Of a DNA stretch of 64,000 nt, positions 50,505-60,914 are shown piece by piece. The first letter of the stretch is position 1, and every line of letters begins with the position of its first letter. Source of the stretch: Promethearchaeota archaeon (lineage in GTDB: Archaea; Asgardarchaeota; Lokiarchaeia; Sigyniarchaeales; SOKP01); NCBI GenBank assembly GCA_016926735.1, contig JAFGOA010000215.1, positions 20,578 to 84,577 of the forward strand, read 5' to 3'. A model generated the notes under the pieces. The model was not told the DNA's origin. It did not search any database and was given only the letters and a program-made list of their open reading frames with translations. The position numbers and the translations under genes are program-made.

Positions 50505-51527
50505 ATGAAAATAATTGAATTAGAACATTTATCAAAACATTTTAAAGTATTAGAAAGGAGAGAAGGATTAAAAGGAATAGTAAAGGATCTTTTTAAACCG
50601 AGACACAAAATCGTTAAAGCTGTTAATGGTATTTCTATGGATATTAATCAAGGAGAAATAGTTGGATTTGTAGGCCCTAATGGAGCAGGAAAATCAACAA
50701 CGATTAAAATGTTGTCAGGAGTTCTTAAACCCACTTCGGGTAATTTGTTAATTAATAATTATTTACCATATAAGCAAAGAAAGGATTATGTAAAAAACAT
50801 TGGAGTAGTTATTGGAAATAGGACAATGTTATGGTGGGATTTAGCTGTAATTGAATCTTTTAAACTTTTGAAAGAGATTTATCAGATTAGTGATGAGGTT
50901 TATAAGGAAAATTTAGAACTATACAACAAATTCTTTAATTTAAATGCATTATATTCTACTCCTGTGAGAAAACTTTCATTGGGTCAAAAAATGCTATGTG
51001 AAATTGCTGCATCTTTTTTACACAACCCTAAATTAATATTTTTGGATGAACCTACAATAGGGTTAGATGTTGCTGTCAAAGAAAAAGTTAGAAAATTGAT
51101 TATTAGCCTTAATAAAATAAAAAAAACAACAATTATCCTCACTACTCATGATATTGGAGATATCGAAGAATTATGTCAAAGAATCATTTTAATTGACCAC
51201 GGTAAACTCATTTATGATGGTAGCATAAGAAAATTTAATCAAATTTTCGGTGCATATAGAACACTAACATTAGAATTAGGAAATATCGATGAAATTTCTA
51301 TAGAAAATATAAATAAAGAAATCGATGAGGTATTCAAACCAAAAGAACCAATTATTCTTAAAAAGAAAGAGAATATTTGGTTAACTCTCACTATTAACCA
51401 AGATGATATTAAATTAATGGATATATTTAATTTTTTGATGAAGAAATTTCCTGTAAAAGATATAAAAATAGAAGAAATAGAACTAGAGCGAGTAATCAAG
51501 GAAGTTTACGAAGGAGGATTAAAATAA
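50505..51527 (+). CDS. ABC exporter ATP-binding subunit
   Basis: GPNGAGKST, LSLGQ, IFLDEPT, LTTHD. Confidence 0.95.
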   Translation: MKIIELEHLSKHFKVLERREGLKGIVKDLFKPRHKIVKAVNGISMDINQGEIVGFVGPNGAGKSTTIKMLSGVLKPTSGNLLINNYLPYKQRKDYVKNIGVVIGNRTMLWWDLAVIESFKLLKEIYQISDEVYKENLELYNKFFNLNALYSTPVRKLSLGQKMLCEIAASFLHNPKLIFLDEPTIGLDVAVKEKVRKLIISLNKIKKTTIILTTHDIGDIEELCQRIILIDHGKLIYDGSIRKFNQIFGAYRTLTLELGNIDEISIENINKEIDEVFKPKEPIILKKKENIWLTLTINQDDIKLMDIFNFLMKKFPVKDIKIEEIELERVIKEVYEGGLK

Positions 51528-52337
51528 ATGCTAAATAAATATAAAAAATATTTTTTAATAACAAAAAATAGTATACTCACTACTGCTACTTATCGCTTTC
51601 ATTTTTTCTTTTCTATAATTAGTTCAATTCTTTATTTTATTATATATTATTTTTTATGGTATTCGATTTATAATAGCTCGGGTAATACAATTCTTAATGG
51701 AATGACTTTTTCTCAAGTAATTGTTTATATTTGTTTAGCATATTCTATTTTTATTTTATTTAAGACTTGGACTGAATGGGGTATATCTAGAAATATTATT
51801 TCAGGACAAATAATGATGGATCTAGTAAAACCTTATAATTTTCATCAAGCAAACTTAGCTAACGCTCTAGGATTTGTATTATTTAATTTTATTTGTATCA
51901 CAATTCCAGTTTTTTTAATTATTTTTACGATGTTTAATTCAACTATAATTTTTGGTATAAATTTAATATTTTTTGCTATCTCCCTCTGTTTTGCATTTTT
52001 AATTAGTTTTAGTATTGATTATTCAATAGGATTGACGTCTTTTTATACTGAATCTATCTGGGGAATAAGTATAACCAAGGAAGTTGTTATAATGGCTTTA
52101 TCTGGAACATTAATACCTTTATCTTTTTTTCCAGATTCTATAGAATTAATATTAAAATTCCTACCTTTCGCTGCAATGTATCACATACCAGTAAACATAG
52201 TAATAAATTCAACATTAAGTATACTAGATTATTTTATTATGTTCTCTATACAACTTTTCTGGATTATATTTTTAATTATTTTGAATAAATATTTTTTTAA
52301 ACACGCAATTAAGGTTGTAACTATAAATGGAGGATGA
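51528..52337 (+). CDS. ABC-2 type permease (DUF990-like)
   Basis: YRFHF, G.IMMDLVKP, SGTLIPLSFFP, terminal INGG; 6 TMs. Confidence 0.9.
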   Translation: MLNKYKKYFLITKNSILTTATYRFHFFFSIISSILYFIIYYFLWYSIYNSSGNTILNGMTFSQVIVYICLAYSIFILFKTWTEWGISRNIISGQIMMDLVKPYNFHQANLANALGFVLFNFICITIPVFLIIFTMFNSTIIFGINLIFFAISLCFAFLISFSIDYSIGLTSFYTESIWGISITKEVVIMALSGTLIPLSFFPDSIELILKFLPFAAMYHIPVNIVINSTLSILDYFIMFSIQLFWIIFLIILNKYFFKHAIKVVTINGG

Positions 52338-52341
52338 GTGA

Positions 52342-53142
52342 ATGCTTAGAAATCTTATATTTTATTTAAAATTATATTTTAAAATAACAGGCCAATACAT
52401 AAAAGCACGTATGCAATATAGAACAGACTTTCTTATAAGTATCATTGGAATAATTTTTACTAATATAATCGGTATTCTATTCCTATGGGTTTTATCTCTT
52501 TCAATACCAAGTATCGGTAAATGGAAAATTGATCATCTTATGTTCTTGTATGGATTTTCTCTATTAGCCGTGACTCCTTTGCAATTATTTTTTGATCATA
52601 TATGGATGTTAAGATATCGATTGCAGGAAGGAGAATTTATAAAATACTATCTAAAACCACTAAATTCTATGTTCTATTATATTTCAGAAGTTTTTGATCT
52701 TAAAGGATTGGGGCAATTAGGATTTTCAATAGGAATTTTAATATATTCTTCCATTAAAATAGGATTTGAATGGACATTTCTGATTGTTATTATCTTTATC
52801 TTATTATTATTCAGTGCTTCTCTGATAATGATTTCTCTAATGATTATTGCTGCTTCCACAGCATTTTGGATTACAAATTCATATTCTGTTCTAGCTTTCG
52901 TGTTCAATTTTAAAGATTTTTCAAAATATCCGTTATCTATATTTAATACAATCTTTAGATATTTTTTTACATTTGTAATTCCTATTGGATTTGTAGCCTT
53001 TTATCCAACAACCCTTTTGGTATTTCCCGAAGATATAAATGCGACTATCATTTTATCACCCTTTATTGGAATTGCATTATTTATTTTAGCTTATTCAATT
53101 TGGAAAAAAGGAATGAATAATTGGTCAGGGACGGGGACATAA
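52342..53142 (+). CDS. ABC-2 type permease (DUF990-like)
   Basis: MQYRTDF, GEFIKYYLKP, KYPLSIF, terminal SGTGT; 6 TMs. Confidence 0.9.
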   Translation: MLRNLIFYLKLYFKITGQYIKARMQYRTDFLISIIGIIFTNIIGILFLWVLSLSIPSIGKWKIDHLMFLYGFSLLAVTPLQLFFDHIWMLRYRLQEGEFIKYYLKPLNSMFYYISEVFDLKGLGQLGFSIGILIYSSIKIGFEWTFLIVIIFILLLFSASLIMISLMIIAASTAFWITNSYSVLAFVFNFKDFSKYPLSIFNTIFRYFFTFVIPIGFVAFYPTTLLVFPEDINATIILSPFIGIALFILAYSIWKKGMNNWSGTGT

Positions 53143-53216
53143 CCAACTCTAATAATTAAAAATTTAAAAAATTATTATCTAATATATTTTTTGATTTAAT
53201 TTGATGAATATAATAA

Positions 53217-53618
53217 TTGAAAAAAAAAAAGAATAAATTATTATTTTGGATTAATATTATCCTTTCTTTATTTATAATTGGAGAAGTTTTAGCTCTAACA
53301 ATAGGAATGCATTTATCATTTAAAGAAAATAGTAATTGGTTTACTTTTAAAAATTACTTAATTTTATCTATAGACATAATTATGGGATTTATTTTAATTA
53401 TATACACTCTTAAAGACAGTGATAATAATTATTTAATCTATATCATTGTTGTTTCTTTAATTATAATAATATCACATTTATATCGTGATATAGAGTATTT
53501 TTATAACATTTCAGATAAATTTTATTTCAATATACAATTACTTATTGTTAATAATTTAAAATTTATACTTTCAATTATCTGTCTGAGCTCAGCGATATTT
53601 ATTCATATGAATAATTAA
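53217..53618 (+). CDS. Hypothetical 4-TM membrane protein
   Basis: Four hydrophobic segments; GEVLAL, SHLYRDIEY. Confidence 0.6.
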   Translation: MKKKKNKLLFWINIILSLFIIGEVLALTIGMHLSFKENSNWFTFKNYLILSIDIIMGFILIIYTLKDSDNNYLIYIIVVSLIIIISHLYRDIEYFYNISDKFYFNIQLLIVNNLKFILSIICLSSAIFIHMNN

Positions 53619-53744
53619 GTTCTTAGATATAATAAAAGACTGAAAAGATTAAACTTTTAAGAAATTAAATATTTTTCGAAGTAAGTAAAATAAATTTTAA
53701 GCTTAGTTTTAAGTTTATTATTATTTCAAAGAAGTGAATAAATT

Positions 53745-54377
53745 ATGGCTCATAAACGACCTTGGCAATGTTATCGAAAATGGAATAGAAGGCCTTTTCA
53801 GCATAAACGTTCTTCTAATCACAGAAGGGAATACGCTCGTGGAGGTACACAAGCTAAAATACAAAGATATTGGGGAGGAAATAAAGATATTTCTTGGGAA
53901 GACTGGGAAATCATTGTTGGTCTTAAATGTGAAGAAAAAGTGCAAATTTCTAGTAATGCTTTAGAAGCAATAAGGATTGCCGTTAATAGTGCCTTAGAGA
54001 AGAAGATTGGCAGGCAACAATTTAGATTCCGTGTAAGATCTAAACCACATCAGAAATATAGAGAAAATAGGATGTTAGCTTTTGCTGGAGCAGATAGAGT
54101 TCAATCTGGTATGAGAAATTCTTTTGGACGTTCAACTGGAGTATGCGCTCGAGTTAGAGCTGGACAAATAATTTTAGACGTAGGTGTCAATTTAAAAAAC
54201 TTACCAATAGTTAAAGATCGTTTAAGAGTTGCTTCTATGAAAGTACCTTGTGGTTGTCAGACCGTACTTTTACATTATAAAGCCCCTGAATTCTTAAAAA
54301 GATCTGGACTTCCTTTATACAATGATAAAAAACGTCAAGAAATATCACTTTATAGTTTAGCCTCAAATGAAAGCTAA
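53745..54377 (+). CDS. rpl10e: 50S ribosomal protein uL16 (L10e)
   Basis: RPWQCYR, ALEAIRI, PHQKYRENRMLAFAGADRVQSGMRNSFG, ASMKVP. Confidence 0.97.
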   Translation: MAHKRPWQCYRKWNRRPFQHKRSSNHRREYARGGTQAKIQRYWGGNKDISWEDWEIIVGLKCEEKVQISSNALEAIRIAVNSALEKKIGRQQFRFRVRSKPHQKYRENRMLAFAGADRVQSGMRNSFGRSTGVCARVRAGQIILDVGVNLKNLPIVKDRLRVASMKVPCGCQTVLLHYKAPEFLKRSGLPLYNDKKRQEISLYSLASNES

Positions 54378-54535
54378 ATTAAGAAATTTTTTTTATTTTT
54401 AATATTAATTCTATTAACTCTTAAAAGAACTAGTTTCTTTGCGAATTATTTATTAGTTAAGTATATTATATAATTAGACTTATTATAAATATAAATAATT
54501 AATTTAAAAAGCTAATTTTTCCATTTTATAAGATA

Positions 54536-55888
54536 TTGAAAAACCTCAAACCATTTTTTAATCCAAAAAGTATACTAATTATTGGTGTTTCAAGAAAAAC
54601 ATATACATTTAGTTATACACTTTTAAAAAATTTATTAGAGATATTTTATGAAGGAAATATTTATATAATTAATCCTAATGCTACAGATATTTTAGGAATT
54701 AAGTCTTATCATAACTATGACGATTTACCTGAAATACCAGAGTTAGCCGTCATTGTTCTTGGGAGTAATATTATTGAAAATATCGAAAAATTGGGTAAAA
54801 TAGGTGTTAAATATATTTCAATTCAATCTGAAATTCAAAATAGGATTGATGATAGAGAATTATTTTATCAATTAAACCAATTATCTAAAAAATATAATAT
54901 TACATACTTAGGACCCTCTATGATAGGGATTATGAATTTTAAAGATAAATTTACAAATTCAGTAATTCCTGTAAGACCACATATTATGAGAGCTAATAAA
55001 AAGATCGATTATGGTTTAGGAGTTATTGCTCAATCAGGCGGTTTAGCAGGGGCCTTAGGATGGTGGTCTCCTTTTCAAAAAATACCAATATCTAAAGTAA
55101 TTCATTTAGGAAGAAGTTATGACATTAATGAAACTGATATTCTAAAATATTTTTGTAAAGATGAAACAATAAAAGTGATCTCTCTTTTTTTAAGGGAAAT
55201 AACTGATGATTTGATAAAAACAGTAGAAAAGATTACACCTAAAAAACCTATTTTAATATTTTATGTTGGAAAAGAGATAAAAAAAGAAGAAGAATTACGA
55301 AAAGCTGGAGGTATTTTTATACTTAATTATATAGAACTTTATGAAATTGCAAAATTGTTTTTATGGTGTCCTGAACCAAAAGGATCAAATCTTGGTATAA
55401 TTGGACCAAGTTCAGGAGCTATTTATGTAATTGCAAAAGAAATGAGAAACCAAAACCTTTCAATAGCAAAATTGAATGATGATTCAAAAAATAAGATTTT
55501 AAATGATGTTGGTGGATCGACATGTAAATTTGGAAATCCTGTTGATTTTTGGCCACCTGATAAATTTATTGGAACAAAAATCTGTGGAATTTATAATAAA
55601 GCTTCTCATATACTTCTTAGAGATGAATCTGTTAATGCGCTTATTTTGGCTTTAGAATTTTTCACTGAGATTGAATTTGATTTCAAAATATTTAAAAAAA
55701 TAAAAGATTTATATCCTGAAAAACCTATAATCACTATTTTGATCCATGCAGAATCAGAAGGTGCGAAAAGAGTAATAAAAATTGCCACAGAACTAAAAAT
55801 CCCTGTGTTTGTCAATGAAATTGAAAGATCAATAAGAGGATATAAACTGTTATACGATTATTATTCAAAAATTAAAAAAAAGAAATAG
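54536..55888 (+). CDS. NDP-forming acyl-CoA synthetase alpha-subunit homologue lacking the catalytic His loop
   Basis: FFNPKSILIIGVS, INP, LGPSMIG, AQSGG, GNPVD; the usual AAxSHTG segment is absent. Confidence 0.8.
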   Translation: MKNLKPFFNPKSILIIGVSRKTYTFSYTLLKNLLEIFYEGNIYIINPNATDILGIKSYHNYDDLPEIPELAVIVLGSNIIENIEKLGKIGVKYISIQSEIQNRIDDRELFYQLNQLSKKYNITYLGPSMIGIMNFKDKFTNSVIPVRPHIMRANKKIDYGLGVIAQSGGLAGALGWWSPFQKIPISKVIHLGRSYDINETDILKYFCKDETIKVISLFLREITDDLIKTVEKITPKKPILIFYVGKEIKKEEELRKAGGIFILNYIELYEIAKLFLWCPEPKGSNLGIIGPSSGAIYVIAKEMRNQNLSIAKLNDDSKNKILNDVGGSTCKFGNPVDFWPPDKFIGTKICGIYNKASHILLRDESVNALILALEFFTEIEFDFKIFKKIKDLYPEKPIITILIHAESEGAKRVIKIATELKIPVFVNEIERSIRGYKLLYDYYSKIKKKK

Positions 55889-55898
55889 AAATATTAGC

Positions 55899-57146
55899 CT
55901 AGTTTAAAAATATTTTTTCAAATTCTTGTGGTATTTCATCATTTTCATTTATTAATGAAATAGCATAAACTTTTTCTCCACATTTACAAGTTTTACCTTC
56001 GAATAAATAAAATTTGAATTTTTTCATCCAAGTACAATTTTGTATACTATTAATTTCCATATATTCGCCACATTTACAATATATCCCTTTTTCTGGTGAA
56101 TAATCAAGGAGGATGTCATTTATCTCTTGGGAGACTTTTTCAAATTTACATTTATTTAGTAGATTATTTATATCTTTTGCCAAATCCTCTTTAAAAGTAG
56201 GAATGAATTCATTGATTATACCATTTTTTGATTTTATATTTTTTAATATAATAAAATTCTCTTCTAATTTATTATCAGATTCTTGCATTGAAGCTGATAA
56301 GCTTTCTGGTATTGGAAATGGGTCAATACCTGGAGGATATTCAAAAGATAAAAAGTATTGTGTAGTTCCTCTTTGTGTTCTAGAATCAAGCACTTTGATA
56401 TTTTGATAATCATTACCATATAAGACAAATTTTATTAATTGAAGTGGAACCTTGGAATCTAAGAGTCTCGTTCTCACATTCTCTAATGCTTCTCCTATAA
56501 AAGCTTTTAGAATAGTTATTTCTTCTTTATTATCTTCATAGAAATCTAATTTATTTTCTTCTTTAAATATATTCCATTTTTTACTGAAATACCTTCTTGG
56601 ATATGATGATACTGTACAAAAGACACATAATATAGGAAATAAAGCGTAAAATGCCCATTCAGTTTGAATAAATGAAAATAATAAAACTAAAACAATTAGA
56701 GGAATAGTCATAATTAAAGAATAATTTCTGGTTTTTTTGTCAATAGATTGATTAAAACCTTTTTTCATAGCAAATTTTTCAGCATTATTTTTCGTTTGAT
56801 CTAGTATCGAAAAAATTTGTTTACTCTCAAAACTTTGTTTTAGTAAAATATCTTCTTCATATTCCTTACTCATTGATTCAATTATTTCTTGAACTTGTTC
56901 CTTATATTTTAGATAATGTTTATCTCTATAGATAAAATCTAAAGTTTCAGATGCAAAATAATCCATAAATCGAGCAATAAATAGTCTTTTTTCGATTTTT
57001 GTTATAAATCCTTCCTCTAATCCTAATACTTCTTCAAGGATCTGACCTTGGGATCTTTTTCCTTTTTTCTTATTCTTGTCTTTATTATCATTAGTATTAT
57101 TATCAGAAGTATCAATATCTCTGTTTTTTTCATTACTTTCTTTCAT
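55899..57146 (-). CDS. Hypothetical protein with 2 TMs and C-terminal Cys (zinc-binding-like) domain
   Basis: TM hairpin near aa 140-180; YCKCGE..CTW..CKCGE. Confidence 0.65.
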   Translation of the reverse strand: MKESNEKNRDIDTSDNNTNDNKDKNKKKGKRSQGQILEEVLGLEEGFITKIEKRLFIARFMDYFASETLDFIYRDKHYLKYKEQVQEIIESMSKEYEEDILLKQSFESKQIFSILDQTKNNAEKFAMKKGFNQSIDKKTRNYSLIMTIPLIVLVLLFSFIQTEWAFYALFPILCVFCTVSSYPRRYFSKKWNIFKEENKLDFYEDNKEEITILKAFIGEALENVRTRLLDSKVPLQLIKFVLYGNDYQNIKVLDSRTQRGTTQYFLSFEYPPGIDPFPIPESLSASMQESDNKLEENFIILKNIKSKNGIINEFIPTFKEDLAKDINNLLNKCKFEKVSQEINDILLDYSPEKGIYCKCGEYMEINSIQNCTWMKKFKFYLFEGKTCKCGEKVYAISLINENDEIPQEFEKIFLN

Positions 57147-57219
57147 TACAGTTACAATTTTTTGATTATACTTTGACTATATAAATTAAAATAATTTAAT
57201 TAAGTTTATCATTACTAAT

Positions 57220-57258
57220 ACGAGAAAATCCATTTCGCTTAAGGAAGGGATGAATCGC
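57220..57258 (+). mobile_element. Solo IS200/IS605-like end hairpin
   Basis: ACGAGAAA-ATCCATTTC-GCTTAAG-GAAGGGAT-GAATCGC; shares GCT(T/C)AAGGAAGGGA with 41793-41806. Confidence 0.4.
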
Positions 57259-57677
57259 ACATATTATTTCTATAACTTATGATATTATCTCAATTTAAAC
57301 TTAAATAGTCTTATTCCTAACAATAATTGTTTTTTAAAATCTAAATATTTAGAATAGGAAAAAGATTTGACTTTAAGTAATAGTAAAACTCATTGGATAA
57401 TAAATTTAATGAAATAAGAAATCTCAAATGCATTGAAAAATTAAACATTATTAAAGGTATAGATTTTTAATTGAAATGATTAAGATGTTTATTTTAAATG
57501 ATATATTTTATCAATATTTAAGATTATTACATATAATTAAGAACACGTAAAAATTAATAAGCATAACTTAAGAAAATGATATTCTTACAACTCTAATTAC
57601 TAAATTAAATTAATATATTTTAATATGGGAAAAGATACCAGTTAAAATAAAAAGGATTATTTTTATTAAAAATTAAT

Positions 57678-59555
57678 ATGGAAATAAGAAAAATTCGAAT
57701 TAGAAATTTCCGATCTATACAAAATTCAAGTGAATGGGAATTTCATAAAGATCATATTCAAGTTTTAATAGGAAAAAATGCTTCAGGTAAAACTTCTATT
57801 TTAGATGCATTAGAATATCTGAATTTCAATATTCATAATATTAAAGAAGAAGACAGGCCCTTAAATAATCTTTATACAAATACAGAACTTATAATGGAAC
57901 TAGATTTATCAGAAAATGAAATTAATCATTCTACTTTCTTAGACATAAAATCTAAAGAAGTATTTAGAAATAATACTCTTAAAATTACTAAAGTTTTTAC
58001 AAATTATAATGGATTTAACTATAAATTAAATGATATCTCTCTACACGAATTTATTGAAGATGATATTAACGAAATTATTAATTTACTTGAAAAAAATGGA
58101 ATTGAATTTGATTCGAAAGAGCAATATTTCTTACAAATCTATAATTATTATCATAATTTAGATAAAATGAAGGAATCTCTTATAAAATTAAAGGATTATA
58201 TAGTAAGCTCTAAATTAATCACATTAGAAGAAGATTTCGCAAAAATAATTAACTTTATTAATAATATAGATAATAAAATCTCATTTTTTCGAAATTTAAT
58301 ATATGATAATTGTCCATTTTTTATTAAGTTCAATTATAAATTATATGATCATTTTGGTAATGATTTATGGTATTCAAAAGAAAATTTTAAAGCAAATAAA
58401 CTAGTACAATTAATTTTTAATTGTATGGGTCTAAAAACCCAAGATTTTATAAAAAACTCTAATAATAGTAATGTTATTCATCAATTAATAGAAAAAAGAG
58501 ATTTGGGTTTAGAAAAATTTCTAAATACTAATTGGTTAAGAAATAATGTTGTTTTTATAATGAATTTTTATCCTAATCGATTTGAATGTTCTATTAAAGA
58601 ACAAGAAGAGATTAAAAATATTTCTCAATTAAGTGAAGGTGAATTATGGTTTTTTATATTTTTAGTATATATTTATAATAAAGTAGATTTAAAAAAAAAA
58701 ACAATTATATTAATAGATGAACCCAGTATAAATCTACATCCAAATGCTCAGAGAAATATTTTAATTTTAATGGAAAAATTTCTCAAAAATAATCCAAATT
58801 TATCAATTATATATACTACTCATTCACCTTATTTAGTTCCTCCTGATCATTTAGATAGAATATTATTGGTTATAAAGACTAATGAAAGAGGTACATATAT
58901 AAAACAACTAAATTATGAAAATTTATGTGAATTAAAAACTAAAAGATTAAAAAAAAAATGTAAGCCAGAAAATATCAAAGCAAGATTATTACAAATGTTA
59001 ACTGTTTCAATTAGAGAAGGATTTTTTGGAAATATAGTAGTATTATGTGAAGGTCCTACAGAATTTCTGAGTATACCAATATGGGCAAGTATAATAGAAA
59101 AGAATCTTGATGAAAAAGGAATAGTTCTAATTCAAACTGCTGGAAAATATATTATGATTGACTATGCAGAATTATTTTCAATTTTTGATATACCTGTTTT
59201 TCTTATTTTTGATAATGATAGATATTCAACAGATAGAAAAGGTCATAAGAGATTAAATAAATGGTTATTAAAATTTTGTGGAGCTGATCTTAGTGATTAT
59301 CCCGATTATTCTGGAGAAAATTATTTTGTTTTTGATCCTTATTATGAAAAACATTTGAGAAAAGAAGATCCTAAATATATAGAAATTGAACAATACATTG
59401 GTTATAAATATGGTTTAGGAAAGAAAAAAGGATTAAGGGCTAGATATGTAGCAATGAGATATTTAGAACTTAATATAGAGCCTCCAACTTCTATAAAAAA
59501 ACTAATTAATTCTATTTTCAAATATCAAGAAAAATATCTCACAAAAACATTCTAA
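57678..59555 (+). CDS. OLD-family ATP-dependent nuclease (ABC ATPase + TOPRIM)
   Basis: IRNFRSI, GKNASGKT, LSEGE, ILIDEP..LHP.AQ, TTHSP, CEGPTE, FDND. Confidence 0.9.
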   Translation: MEIRKIRIRNFRSIQNSSEWEFHKDHIQVLIGKNASGKTSILDALEYLNFNIHNIKEEDRPLNNLYTNTELIMELDLSENEINHSTFLDIKSKEVFRNNTLKITKVFTNYNGFNYKLNDISLHEFIEDDINEIINLLEKNGIEFDSKEQYFLQIYNYYHNLDKMKESLIKLKDYIVSSKLITLEEDFAKIINFINNIDNKISFFRNLIYDNCPFFIKFNYKLYDHFGNDLWYSKENFKANKLVQLIFNCMGLKTQDFIKNSNNSNVIHQLIEKRDLGLEKFLNTNWLRNNVVFIMNFYPNRFECSIKEQEEIKNISQLSEGELWFFIFLVYIYNKVDLKKKTIILIDEPSINLHPNAQRNILILMEKFLKNNPNLSIIYTTHSPYLVPPDHLDRILLVIKTNERGTYIKQLNYENLCELKTKRLKKKCKPENIKARLLQMLTVSIREGFFGNIVVLCEGPTEFLSIPIWASIIEKNLDEKGIVLIQTAGKYIMIDYAELFSIFDIPVFLIFDNDRYSTDRKGHKRLNKWLLKFCGADLSDYPDYSGENYFVFDPYYEKHLRKEDPKYIEIEQYIGYKYGLGKKKGLRARYVAMRYLELNIEPPTSIKKLINSIFKYQEKYLTKTF

Positions 59556-59667
59556 AATAGAAATTTGGGGTTTAAAAGAATTTTAGAAATAAACGAATAA
59601 AAAATTATATACTAAATTAATAAATACAATAGCTTTTTGTTTATTATAATTAATATATTATCAGAAA

Positions 59668-59898
59668 TTAAGGAATATTTTCTACAGATTTGATATCTGG
59701 AACAAATTGTTTAATAGCACGTTCTATTCCATATTTCAATGTCTCTTGAGCATGCATACAACCCGCACAATGACCTTGAAGTCTAACTTTGACTATACCA
59801 TCATCAGTTATCTCGAGAAGTTCAACATCTCCCCCATCCATTTGAAGTTGAGGTCGTATTTTATCTAATACATCTATTATTTTTCGTTTATCTACCAT
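59668..59898 (-). CDS. NifU C-terminal (Nfu-type) Fe-S carrier
   Basis: IRPQLQMDGGDVEL, RLQGHCAGC, TLKYGIE. Confidence 0.93.
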   Translation of the reverse strand: MVDKRKIIDVLDKIRPQLQMDGGDVELLEITDDGIVKVRLQGHCAGCMHAQETLKYGIERAIKQFVPDIKSVENIP

Positions 59899-60167
59899 AT
59901 TATTTTACACATATAATTTTAATATAACAAATTAATTAATTCTTTAAAGGCTTTGGCTTATAAAATATGCTAATTATTATAAAAAAAATTCTTATCACTA
60001 AACCAAATAGAATTATTTCTAATAATATTAAAAGTCTAATGAAATAATACAATTTAAAATAAATTTAAAAATAAAATTATTAAAAACTGGTCTCTTAAAA
60101 CAATAATAATTATAATAATATAATCATAATTATACAAATATTATAAAAAAAAATTAAAAAAAAAAGG

Positions 60168-60761
60168 TTGAAAATTATGGATGATGAAACTCTCTCCGAC
60201 ATTAGTTTTTTCAGTTTTATGGTAAAGAAATATTGGAAAATAGCACTTTTACTAGTCATTGGAATAGTGGTAGCTATAATTGCAGCCATTTTTACTCTAT
60301 TTTATATATTTTATCATCTAGATATTGGAGCTTATGGTACATGGAGTATTGGACAATTTTCAGTTGGTGATGTAATTTTAGGATTTCTCTGGGTAATATT
60401 GCTTGAATTATTAATTGTTGGACTTCCCACGTTAGCATATCTAGGTACTATTTTTGGAATATGGTGGTATAAACTAATTTCTCCAGAAGATAAAGAAGAA
60501 TTAAAAAAAAGAGAAAAACAATCTAATAAAAAGATAAAGCGATATGGTGGTGGTGCTGGAGCATTTGGATTTTTCGTTTTTATATTCTTCTTAATTATTC
60601 TACAAATTGATGGAAATATCTTTACAGATTTTAATACATTACCATATGTATATTGGATAGAAACTTGGCTTTGGGCTGTTTTATGGACTTTTGTTATTAT
60701 AGGAGTACCTTGCATTATATTAGGACTATGGTATTTAAAAAAAAAGCTTTATAAACTTTAA
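60168..60761 (+). CDS. Hypothetical 4-TM membrane protein
   Basis: Four TMs, charged loop with GGGAG. Confidence 0.7.
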   Translation: MKIMDDETLSDISFFSFMVKKYWKIALLLVIGIVVAIIAAIFTLFYIFYHLDIGAYGTWSIGQFSVGDVILGFLWVILLELLIVGLPTLAYLGTIFGIWWYKLISPEDKEELKKREKQSNKKIKRYGGGAGAFGFFVFIFFLIILQIDGNIFTDFNTLPYVYWIETWLWAVLWTFVIIGVPCIILGLWYLKKKLYKL

Positions 60762-60914
60762 TTTTTTTTTTCTATTTTTAATAACATGAAATAAATGAAA
60801 TAAAGAAGATCAATATCTTGATAAAAAATTTGTCAAACTGAAAATTCATTATGTAATATTCTTGTCATTTTTATAATTAAATTACAAGATATTGATAAAT
60901 AATATTTATTTTAA

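Noticed and set aside
41793-57258. A single 15-kb composite transposon bounded by the two IS605-like hairpins
   Set aside because: The right-end-like motif precedes the left-end-like motif, and the interval contains the core gene rpl10e.
3528-60715. Short ORFs nested in or antisense to long genes (3528, 8613, 13258, 16776, 21466, 22675, 23609, 33555, 34122, 35146, 36511, 38486, 41005, 44961, 46012, 48024, 51239, 52677, 53721, 53734, 55606, 56113, 60332)
   Set aside because: Overlap well-supported genes and have no recognisable motifs.
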